Source: a bacterium (GTDB lineage: Bacteria > Zhuqueibacterota > Zhuqueibacteria > Oceanimicrobiales > Oceanimicrobiaceae). From it: 18,249 bases of DNA. The DNA lies in assembly GCA_046757025.1 (NCBI GenBank), contig JBHHXN010000108.1, positions 1-18,249 of the forward strand, given 5' to 3'. Every line of letters begins with the position of its first letter. Position 1 is the stretch's first letter. The notes under the pieces are model-generated. The model did no database searches. It saw only the letters and a program-made list of their open reading frames with translations, and was not told the origin of the DNA. Below, one piece after another: positions 8,697 through 15,815 of the stretch. The position numbers were made by a program, and so were the translations under genes.

Positions 8697-8765
8697 GAAA
8701 TCGAAAAACGGAAATCGAAAAACGCAAACCGTGCCGGTTAAGGATTTCTAGTTTCCGGTTTCCGA
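8697..8765. repeat. 7-bp-periodic imperfect palindrome (REP/STRR-like)
   Basis: gaaatcgaaaaacg occurs twice in perfect tandem (8697-8710, 8711-8724). The opposing arm is tttctag tttccgg tttccga (8745-8765). Confidence 0.65.
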
Positions 8766-8864
8766 TGAAGTAATTTAATTTTTTGCACAAAAATGTATAA
8801 GTTTACTCGTAATACAATAAAAACTTATAAACATCGTCCCCACCCAATGTGAATGATTTCAGGC

Positions 8865-10049
8865 TTACAACGATTCGACAATAACCGTCATACCCTGGCC
8901 GCCGCCGATGCAGGCCGAAGCCAAACCGTATTGGCCGTTTCGGCGACGCAGCTCATGCAGGATGGTCAAAGTCAAGCGCGCGCCAGTGGCCGCCAGCGGA
9001 TGCCCGATGGCGATGGCGCCGCCGTTGACGTTGGTTTTGTTGCGGTCCAAACCCAGCTCTTTTTCCACAGCCAGATATTGCGGTGAAAAAGCTTCGTTCA
9101 CTTCCACCAAATCCATTTGTTCCAAGCTCATCTTGGCGTTTTTCAAAGCGTTTTTACTGGCGTCCACCGGACCGATGCCCATGATGGAAGGCTCCACGCC
9201 GGCGTTGCCCCAGGCCACCAGTCGCCCCATCGGTTTCAGGCCGTACTCTTCGGCTTTGGCGCGGGTGGTCAGCACCAGCGCGGCTGCGCCGTCCACGATA
9301 CCGCTGGCGTTGCCCGCCGACACCGTGCCATCGCTTTTGAAATAGGCTGGTAATTTCGCCAGCGCCTCCAGCGTGGTTTCCGGACGCATGTGTTCATCTC
9401 TTTCGAATATTTTCGTGCCTTTTTTGCTTTGGATTTCCACGGGCACCACTTCTTCTGCCAGTCGACCGGATTTCCAGGCTTCCTTACAGCGCATTTGACT
9501 GGTGTAAGCGTATTCGTCGGTATCCTGCCGACTGATGCCGTATTTGTCCGCTAAATTTTCCGCGGTCATGGCCATCTGGCAACCGCAATACGGATCCAGC
9601 AGCGCCTCCCACAGGTAGTCTTCCAGTTTGCCCTGATTCAGGCGCAAGCCCCAGCGGGCGTCGCGAATGATGTGCGGCGCCTGGCTCATGCTTTCGGCGC
9701 CGCCGGTCAAAACAAAATCGGCTTCACCCAGCATCAGCATGCGCGCACCCTGCACCACCGCTTCAAAACCGGAGCCACACAACCGATTGACCGTTAACGC
9801 CGGCACCGGTACGGGCACCCCGCTTTTCAGTCCGATGTGTCGTGCCAGATAAATGGCGTCCGCCGAGGTTTGTAAGACGTTACCAAAAATCACGTGACCA
9901 ATTTTATCGGGGCTGACGCCGGCCTTTTCCAGAGCGCCTTTGGCCGCGACCACGCCCAGTTCGATGGCGCTCAAACTGCGCAACGCCCCGCCAAAAGTTC
10001 CGAAAGCGGTTCTTACTCCTGAAAGAAATACAATGTCGTTCGCACTCAT
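8865..10049 (-). CDS. Acetyl-CoA C-acyltransferase (thiolase)
   Basis: Catalytic motifs NRLCGSG, EVNEAF, GGAIAIGHP and CIGGGQG. AAGGAG RBS. Confidence 0.95.
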   Translation of the reverse strand: MSANDIVFLSGVRTAFGTFGGALRSLSAIELGVVAAKGALEKAGVSPDKIGHVIFGNVLQTSADAIYLARHIGLKSGVPVPVPALTVNRLCGSGFEAVVQGARMLMLGEADFVLTGGAESMSQAPHIIRDARWGLRLNQGKLEDYLWEALLDPYCGCQMAMTAENLADKYGISRQDTDEYAYTSQMRCKEAWKSGRLAEEVVPVEIQSKKGTKIFERDEHMRPETTLEALAKLPAYFKSDGTVSAGNASGIVDGAAALVLTTRAKAEEYGLKPMGRLVAWGNAGVEPSIMGIGPVDASKNALKNAKMSLEQMDLVEVNEAFSPQYLAVEKELGLDRNKTNVNGGAIAIGHPLAATGARLTLTILHELRRRNGQYGLASACIGGGQGMTVIVESL

Positions 10050-10141
10050 AAAAATACTCCTTTATCCGTTTAAGTTATCCCTGAAGATTTTATTCTATTA
10101 TCCCGAAAAACTTTGTTTTTTTTTCAAAGTTTGTAAAAATA

Positions 10142-10219
10142 TCACGCAAAGCCGCCAAGCTCGCAAATAAAAGTACAAATATATTTAAAACCATTGTCTC
10201 ATTGCGTGAGCTTTTATTT
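10142..10219. repeat. REP-like inverted repeats upstream of thiolase
   Basis: tcacgcaa (10142-10149) pairs with ttgcgtga (10202-10209), and aaataaaag (10165-10173) pairs with cttttattt (10211-10219). The left arm has short cgc-aag periodic units. Confidence 0.45.
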
Positions 10220-10231
10220 ACTCCCAAAACC

Positions 10232-10277
10232 AGCGATGGGCTTTTCGCTTTTAGCTAACAGCCAGTAGCGAATCGCT
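10232..10277. repeat. 7-bp-periodic palindrome centred on ttagctaa
   Basis: agcgat-gggcttttcgctt-ttagctaa-cagccagtagcga-atcgct, with gct/agc units spaced 7 nt apart. Confidence 0.55.
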
Positions 10278-10317
10278 CAATTTAAGTTAAACCTTAATTT
10301 TGAACATATAAAAGTCA

Positions 10318-10436
10318 AACCCCGATTTTCCTAATTGGTAGTGGAATATCAGTTTAATCTATTTGGTCTGAACAGCCATGGAATTATCTTCTAAATTTTC
10401 AAGAACTTTAATATTCTATAGTGCAAAATCGGGGTT
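10318..10436. mobile_element. 119-bp MITE-like element or IS remnant with perfect 12-bp terminal inverted repeats
   Basis: aaccccgatttt (10318-10329) pairs with aaaatcggggtt (10425-10436). The interior is AT-rich with no recognisable gene, and no clear target duplication is visible. Confidence 0.5.
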
Positions 10437-10555
10437 AAAATTATTTTATTCTTAATCATTTTGCCTTTTTGGTTGCGGCTCCGCTTGGTTAAGAAATTAA
10501 AAGCATTTTGTAGAAATAATATGAAAGCCCAATTTTTTCCGAAACAATTCGAAAC

Positions 10556-10601
10556 CTCTAATTTGTTGAAAAACTGATTCAGGCATTGTAACAAATTAGA
10601 G
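10556..10601 (-). terminator. Hairpin 45 nt downstream of leuD, a possible terminator
   Basis: ctctaatttgtt (10556-10567) pairs with aacaaattagag (10590-10601): perfect 12-bp stem, 22-nt loop, weak U-tract. Confidence 0.4.
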
Positions 10602-10645
10602 TTACTTGCTATCTTCTGATAAAGAATTGATTGGATACCGCTCGT

Positions 10646-11146
10646 TTATTTGCCTATTCGGTTTCGAACATAGTTCACCATGCCGCCTGCGTTGATAATT
10701 TCTTGCATGGTTTCGGGAAAAGGGTCGGCTTGAAAAGTCATATTTTTTGTTTGATTGTTGATGACGCCGGTTTGAAAATCGATTTCTAAAATATCGCCAG
10801 CATCTGAATTGTCCACGGCTTCGGGGCATTCGAAAATAGGCAACCCGATGTTGATGGAATTGCGGTAGAAAATGCGCGCAAAATAACGCGCCACCACACA
10901 ACCGACGCCCGCTCCTTTGATGGCAATGGGCGCGTTCTCCCGGGAACTGCCACAGCCAAAATTGTTGCCCGCCATCAAAACGTCCCCTTTATTCACTTTG
11001 TTTACAAAATCCTTGTCCAGATCTTCCAGACAGTGGGCGGCTAAATCTTCTTCTTTGATGCTCACGCAATGACGCGCCGGTATGATCACATCCGTGTCGA
11101 TATTATCGCCGTACTTGTGAACTCGTCCTTTTATTTTGCGGTTCAA
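10646..11146 (-). CDS. leuD: 3-isopropylmalate dehydratase small subunit family (LeuD type 2/DmdB/HacB-like)
   Basis: [43 protein letters not shown] and IINAGG. TTG start at 11146 after AGGAG. Confidence 0.9.
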   Translation of the reverse strand: MNRKIKGRVHKYGDNIDTDVIIPARHCVSIKEEDLAAHCLEDLDKDFVNKVNKGDVLMAGNNFGCGSSRENAPIAIKGAGVGCVVARYFARIFYRNSINIGLPIFECPEAVDNSDAGDILEIDFQTGVINNQTKNMTFQADPFPETMQEIINAGGMVNYVRNRIGK

Positions 11147-11167
11147 ACCGTGTCTCCTAAATGAACA

Positions 11168-11195
11168 ATAATGCAATTTAAGGTAGTTATGTCAA
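11168..11195 (-). promoter_or_regulatory. Putative promoter of leuD
   Basis: Minus strand TTGACA (11195-11190), 16-nt spacer, CATTAT, just upstream of the RBS. Confidence 0.4.
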
Positions 11196-11340
11196 TTAAA
11201 CAAAGATTCATTTTAAGAAAAAATATCATTAAATGCAACCCGAAATTAACCTGTGTCTTTTCAGAATTGCCGTCTCCGGCTATTGAGCATCTGTGCCTAT
11301 TCGCTAACGTTGCTGCGAAAACAGGGCTGACACTGGTCAA

Positions 11341-11692
11341 GCGAAAAGGAAACCCGCATCACTCCGAATGCTGACTTGGGATGGCGGATTTCGGAATGAC
11401 CCTGTACATCGCGAACCCTTCAGCCACTTTTATTTGGGACGCTGATTGCCTCTGATTGCCGCAGATTAAAACTGAAAACAGATTTTAAAATGCATCAGGA
11501 TAAAGATTAGTACCTGATCAGACTGGTCGCTAAAGAGCAAATCAGCTTTGACCTGCGCTAATCAGTGTCCCAAATCTGATGCGGTGAACGGTTATGTAAA
11601 TCGCATGCAATCCACATTCCGCAATCCTCCGTCTTCAAGTTTGTTTCGAGATGCGATTTTAGACAATTCGAATTTCTAAAGCAAATTGTCGA
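11341..11692 (+). repeat. Left copy of a dispersed ~150-bp palindromic repeat, interrupted by an insertion
   Basis: 11376-11409 matches the reverse complement of 13597-13630 at 33/34. 11614-11638 matches the reverse complement of 13576-13600 at 23/25. Weaker similarity continues to attgtcga (11685-11692). Confidence 0.85.
11413..11594. mobile_element. 182-bp MITE-like insertion with terminal and subterminal inverted repeats and a 10-bp target-site duplication
   Basis: Flanks are tgtacatcgc (11403-11412) and tgtaaatcgc (11595-11604). The ends gaacccttca and tgaacggtta are 8/10 inverted. The inner IR atttgggacgctgatt (11432-11447) / aatcagtgtcccaaat (11560-11575) is 15/16. The element is absent from the sister repeat at 13515-13667. 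Confidence 0.75.
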
Positions 11693-11709
11693 TGCTTTGT
11701 GTCAAACGC

Positions 11710-12216
11710 TTAAGTCGTCTGTGCCTTGGCCGCGGGATTGATGAAGATACCGCTGGCGCCGCCGCTTTTTTTCAACAAGCAAATCTCCCCGATTTTCATG
11801 GTTTTATCCACGGCTTTGCACATGTCGTAAACGGTCAGGGCGGCCACGGACACCGCGGTTAAGGCCTCCATCTCCACGCCGGTTTTTCCCGTGCAAACTA
11901 CACGGCTTTCGATAGCGACGCCCTCTGCTGTAATCTGCAAATCGATCTCGACGTTGGTGAGCAGCAGTGGGTGACAAAGCGGAATCAAATCCGAGGTTTT
12001 TTTAGCGGCTAAGATGCCGGCGATTTTTGCCACTTCCAGTACGTTGCCTTTTTTCATTTTATTGGCCTGCACCTGGTTGAGGACCTCTTTTGAAAGCCAG
12101 ATGAATCCCCGGGCCACGGCCTCCCTGATGGTGTCGGATTTCGCGGTTACCTCAACCATATTTACCAGTCCTTTTTCATTAAGGTGGGTCAAACGATTTT
12201 TGCTCTTTTTAGCCAA
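11710..12216 (-). CDS. moaC: Cyclic pyranopterin monophosphate synthase MoaC
   Basis: LTHL...MVEVTAK, KGNVLEVAKIAGILAAKKTSDLIPLCHPL and GKTGVEMEALTAVSVAALTVYDMCKAVDK. TTG start after GAGGA. Confidence 0.95.
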   Translation of the reverse strand: MAKKSKNRLTHLNEKGLVNMVEVTAKSDTIREAVARGFIWLSKEVLNQVQANKMKKGNVLEVAKIAGILAAKKTSDLIPLCHPLLLTNVEIDLQITAEGVAIESRVVCTGKTGVEMEALTAVSVAALTVYDMCKAVDKTMKIGEICLLKKSGGASGIFINPAAKAQTT

Positions 12217-12242
12217 ATTGTCCTCGTGTGTTGAACAGTATG

Positions 12243-12279
12243 AAAAAAGCCGGTTAACAAATCAAAATTATTAACCGGC
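12243..12279 (-). terminator. Rho-independent terminator after ybdK
   Basis: Minus strand gccggttaa, 13-nt loop, ttaaccggc, followed by TTTTTT (12248-12243). Confidence 0.65.
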
Positions 12280-12342
12280 AAGTTCATTAGCAAATGAATA
12301 TTCAAAATCTCAAACACGCGATTCACCAGAGAATTCTACGAA

Positions 12343-13467
12343 TTATGGCACGATTTTGACATTTTCCCTCAGCTCTTTGATCAGCGCATTCATCACTTCT
12401 TTGTGGTCTCCGGTTTCCGCGTAAATCTTTCGTTGCCGTTTATAACTCGGGCCAATTTTGATTATTTCACCAACCTGCTTCAATTCATCGTAACTGCCTA
12501 ACCTTTTGGCGATGGGCGCCAGCATTTCCACCAGTTCTTCGATGGCATCGGCAAGCGGTTTCAGGTTGCCGTCTTCATCGGTGATGATTTCAGCGTCCAC
12601 CGACCAGCGTGCTGCCCGCCATTTATTTTCGCGCACGATCCAGTGCCGATGCACCGGCAGATACATGCCCTCATCGTACTGCTCGCAGAGCCACACCACC
12701 AGCGCCTGAATGAGCGCGGTTAAGGTAATGACTTCGTTTAAGGTCGGCAGCCCGTCGCAGACTCTCAGCTCCACCGTGCCAAAGCCGGGATGCGGACGAA
12801 TGTCCCACCAGACTTCGCGGATACTTTCAATGGCTTTGGCGTTCACCAGCGTGATCATGAAGCGCTGAAATTCCGCCCAGTTTAATAATCGGTAGGGCAA
12901 GCCGGCAGTTGGCAGCGTTTCAAAGATTTTGACGCGGGTGGAAGCCAGGCCGGTATCATCGGCATCGAAATAAGGCGAGCTGGCCGAAAGTGCCAACAGA
13001 TGTGGCAGGAAAGTGGTCAAAGCGTTAAAAACCGCGATGGCTTTTTCGCCGCTCGGCACCCCCACGTGCACATGCAGTCCAAATATCATCAGCCGGCGGG
13101 CCGGCCACTGACAGCGGTCCACCAGCATGTGGTAGCGATCTTTCGGTGTGATGTCTTGCTCAGACCATTTCGAGAACGGATGCGTGCCCACACAAGCCAG
13201 TTCGTACCCCAGGCCGTCACAGATTTTGAAAAGCCCCTGCAAACGCTCGGTTAAATCCGTACGAACCGCAGAAATATTGGAACAAACATCGGTGTTGAGC
13301 TCAATGGTGGACTGGATGAGCTCGGGTTTGATATGGGAATCGCCGTTAGCTTTATCCATAATTTGCTGGGCGCCCGACACCAGGTTTTTGGTTTCGGGAT
13401 CGATAATTTGCAATTCCAATTCCACGCCAACCGTCGGATTGGGGGAACCGTTAAAATGTAATTTCAT
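12343..13467 (-). CDS. ybdK: Glutamate-cysteine ligase family 2 / YbdK carboxylate-amine ligase
   Basis: TVGVELELQIIDP, KPELIQSTIE, GTHPFS, IFGLHVHVG, LLALSASSPY and WWDIRPHPGFGTVELRVCD. The start is most likely ATG 13467 (MKLHFNGS). Confidence 0.92.
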   Translation of the reverse strand: MKLHFNGSPNPTVGVELELQIIDPETKNLVSGAQQIMDKANGDSHIKPELIQSTIELNTDVCSNISAVRTDLTERLQGLFKICDGLGYELACVGTHPFSKWSEQDITPKDRYHMLVDRCQWPARRLMIFGLHVHVGVPSGEKAIAVFNALTTFLPHLLALSASSPYFDADDTGLASTRVKIFETLPTAGLPYRLLNWAEFQRFMITLVNAKAIESIREVWWDIRPHPGFGTVELRVCDGLPTLNEVITLTALIQALVVWLCEQYDEGMYLPVHRHWIVRENKWRAARWSVDAEIITDEDGNLKPLADAIEELVEMLAPIAKRLGSYDELKQVGEIIKIGPSYKRQRKIYAETGDHKEVMNALIKELRENVKIVP

Positions 13468-13514
13468 ATTCTGCCCCATAATAGGTAATTGAAATACGCG
13501 CTTAGCCCCGAACT

Positions 13515-13667
13515 TCGACAATGTTTTGTCGATATATTGAAGGTCTAAACTCGACTATCGAAACAAATATGAGGATTGAAGATGGAGGCTTGCGGAATGT
13601 ACATGGTCATTCCGAAATCCGCCATCCCAAATCTGCAATCGGAATGTTGCGGGTTTCTTTTTTGCGC
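13515..13667 (-). repeat. Right, uninterrupted copy of the ~150-bp palindromic repeat, inverted relative to 11341-11692
   Basis: See the alignment with the left copy. Internally it forms a hairpin with 7-nt periodicity: gattgaagatggaggcttgcggaatg-tacatggt-cattccgaaatccgccatcccaaatc. Confidence 0.85.
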
Positions 13668-13741
13668 TACTGCGTCCGCCAGCCTGAAATGTTTTTTTCA
13701 CAACCACGTTTTTGCTTTCGAAAAAAATTTCAAGCTGAAAG

Positions 13742-15421
13742 TTAATTACTCGACTCGCTCAGGCGCATTTTCATATCTTCATCTCTTTTGGCTTTGAATT
13801 CCGTGCCTTCCTTCCAGTTCGGGAACGCGCTTTCTGAACTAATCAGGTACCCTACCTTAAACAGCAATCGCACGTCGTCCACCATGCCGGTCAAATCCCA
13901 GTCGGGATCGAATTCATCCGACGGTTTGTGGTAATTTTCAGCGGTGTATTTATCCAGTTGTTCACGCGTCCACTTTTCGCCAAATTTTACGTGGTCGATT
14001 CCCATATCGGTATAAAGCGCGGGAATGCCCTGTTTGGCAAAGCTAAAATGATCGGAGCGGTAAAAATAACCCTTCTCCGGTTCGGGATCCGGGCGCACGG
14101 TGCGTTTTTGCTCCGCGGCCACTTTCTGTACGTAATCGTCCAGATCAGAATTGCCAAACCCGATGATGGTGATATCATTCATCTTCCCGTAAATGTTCAT
14201 GCCGTCCATGTTGATGGCGGCAGCGGTTTTAGTGATGGGATAAATCGGATGGGTGGCGTAATATTGCGAGCCCAGCAATCCCTGCTCTTCGGCCGTGAGC
14301 GCAAGAAAAACCAGCGATCGTTCCGGCGGTGTGGATAATTGCGTAAACGCTTCCGCCAGCTCGATTAACGCCGCGGTACCCGTGGCATTATCCAGCGCGC
14401 CGTTGAAAATTTTATCGCCCTCGCGTGCCGGATCCAATCCCAGATGATCCCAGTGGGCCATGTAAATCACATATTCATTCGGACGGCGGCTGCCCGGCAG
14501 CAGCGCCAAAACGTTGTTGGATCGCGAGTGTTCGATATCGTTCTGGATGGTCAGGGAAGCCGAAAGGTTCATGGCCGTGGCCTGGAAATCCCGTTTAGCC
14601 GCTGTGGAGGTAAGCTGGTCGAAATCGAGTCCGGCCTGCTCAAATAATTCGCGCGCGCTTTCGTTGCTGAGCCAACCCTCCACGGCGCAACGCGACATGT
14701 TGTTGTCCGCACTCAGCAGATCAAATTGCGCACCGGTCCAGCTGCCGCTTACCACATCCCACGGATAGCCGGCGGCTTTGGTTTCGTGAATGATCAGCGC
14801 GGCTTCCGCACCCTGTCGGGCGGCTTCCTCGTATTTGTAAGTCCAGCGGCCATAAAAGGTCATGGCGTTGCCGTTGAACAGCGCATCATCCTGCATGGCA
14901 AAACCGGGATCGTTCACCAGCATGACCACGGTCTTGCCTTTCACATCCAGACCGGCATAATCGTTCCAGTCGTATTCTGGGGCGACAATGCCATAACCCA
15001 CAAAGAGCATCTCGGAATTATTAATTGACACGTTGCCAACCACGCGCTTGGTCCAAGCCATGAAATCCTGAGAAAAACTCAGCGATTTATGCCAATTTTC
15101 CCCTTTAATTTTTAACTCCATATCGGTTGACGCGGTGATAGCCACCAGCGGCACTTCCTGAAAGAAACTTTCGTTCTCCCCTCCGGGCTGGAGCCCCAAT
15201 TTCTGAAACTCGGTTTTCAGGAAATTGATGGTTTTGATTTCTCCCCTGGACGAGGGAGCGCGTCCTTCGAAATCGTCTGAAGCAAGAATCGCGATATCTT
15301 CGGACAAATCTTCCGCCGTGATGCTTTCCATCGCCAACTCAACCTCTTTATTCGCACAGGCGAATAGAAACAGTGAAATGGACCACAATCCAATCAAACT
15401 CTTGAATAATTTTCCTGGCAT
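13742..15421 (-). CDS. M28 family metallopeptidase with PA domain, lipoprotein
   Basis: Lipobox LFLFAC; LASDDFEGR; PA insert FVGYGIVAPEYDWNDY; Zn ligands AHWDH, GALDNATG, TAEEQGLLGS, INMDG, RSDH and YHKPSD. ATG 15421 follows GGAGGGG. Confidence 0.93.
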   Translation of the reverse strand: MPGKLFKSLIGLWSISLFLFACANKEVELAMESITAEDLSEDIAILASDDFEGRAPSSRGEIKTINFLKTEFQKLGLQPGGENESFFQEVPLVAITASTDMELKIKGENWHKSLSFSQDFMAWTKRVVGNVSINNSEMLFVGYGIVAPEYDWNDYAGLDVKGKTVVMLVNDPGFAMQDDALFNGNAMTFYGRWTYKYEEAARQGAEAALIIHETKAAGYPWDVVSGSWTGAQFDLLSADNNMSRCAVEGWLSNESARELFEQAGLDFDQLTSTAAKRDFQATAMNLSASLTIQNDIEHSRSNNVLALLPGSRRPNEYVIYMAHWDHLGLDPAREGDKIFNGALDNATGTAALIELAEAFTQLSTPPERSLVFLALTAEEQGLLGSQYYATHPIYPITKTAAAINMDGMNIYGKMNDITIIGFGNSDLDDYVQKVAAEQKRTVRPDPEPEKGYFYRSDHFSFAKQGIPALYTDMGIDHVKFGEKWTREQLDKYTAENYHKPSDEFDPDWDLTGMVDDVRLLFKVGYLISSESAFPNWKEGTEFKAKRDEDMKMRLSESSN

Positions 15422-15494
15422 TAGCCCCTCCGTAATTTGTGGTTGTGAAGACTGGACCCGAGAAAGCAAACTTTACACAACAAGTGATATTTAA

Positions 15495-15522
15495 AAGTTA
15501 CAATTGTTTACAAAAAAGTCAA
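15495..15522 (-). promoter_or_regulatory. Putative promoter of the M28 peptidase gene
   Basis: Minus strand TTGACT, 16-nt spacer ending in TG, TAACTT. Confidence 0.4.
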
Positions 15523-15619
15523 GGATTAGATACGTTTTGAATGAAAAATTAGACTCGTTGAAAATGCGGCTTACAAGGGTCTTTTTTCAGGCAAATCTCA
15601 AGCAGTCACGTTGATGCCC

Positions 15620-15660
15620 AATTAGGAATTACAAATGAAGAATTACAAATTAGGAATGAG
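15620..15660. repeat. Tandem heptamer array
   Basis: aattagg aattaca aatgaag aattaca aattagg aatgag. Confidence 0.65.
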
Positions 15661-15815
15661 CAAATTTTGTTTGGATATCAAAAACAATTCTAAAAATGGT
15701 AATTGCAACTGAAGCGTAACACGTAACAGCAAGGGTACAACCCCTCAAATAGACTATGTCTGGATGAATAGGTTGTAGGCATTCGCTGTCGGAATAATCC
15801 AAAAAGTATTTACGC

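Noticed and set aside
8796..8829. tataagttt/aaacttata inverted repeat after thiolase
   Set aside because: A 9-bp AT-rich stem with a 16-nt loop in AT-rich DNA is too weak to call.
13521..13797. 74-aa and 73-aa plus-strand ORFs
   Set aside because: They are translations of the heptamer-periodic repeat (SEIRHPKSAI, IPKSAIPNLQS), with no other coding evidence.
15620..15730. Possible CRISPR array or iterons
   Set aside because: The units are contiguous degenerate 7-mers with no spacers, and no cas or rep genes are present.
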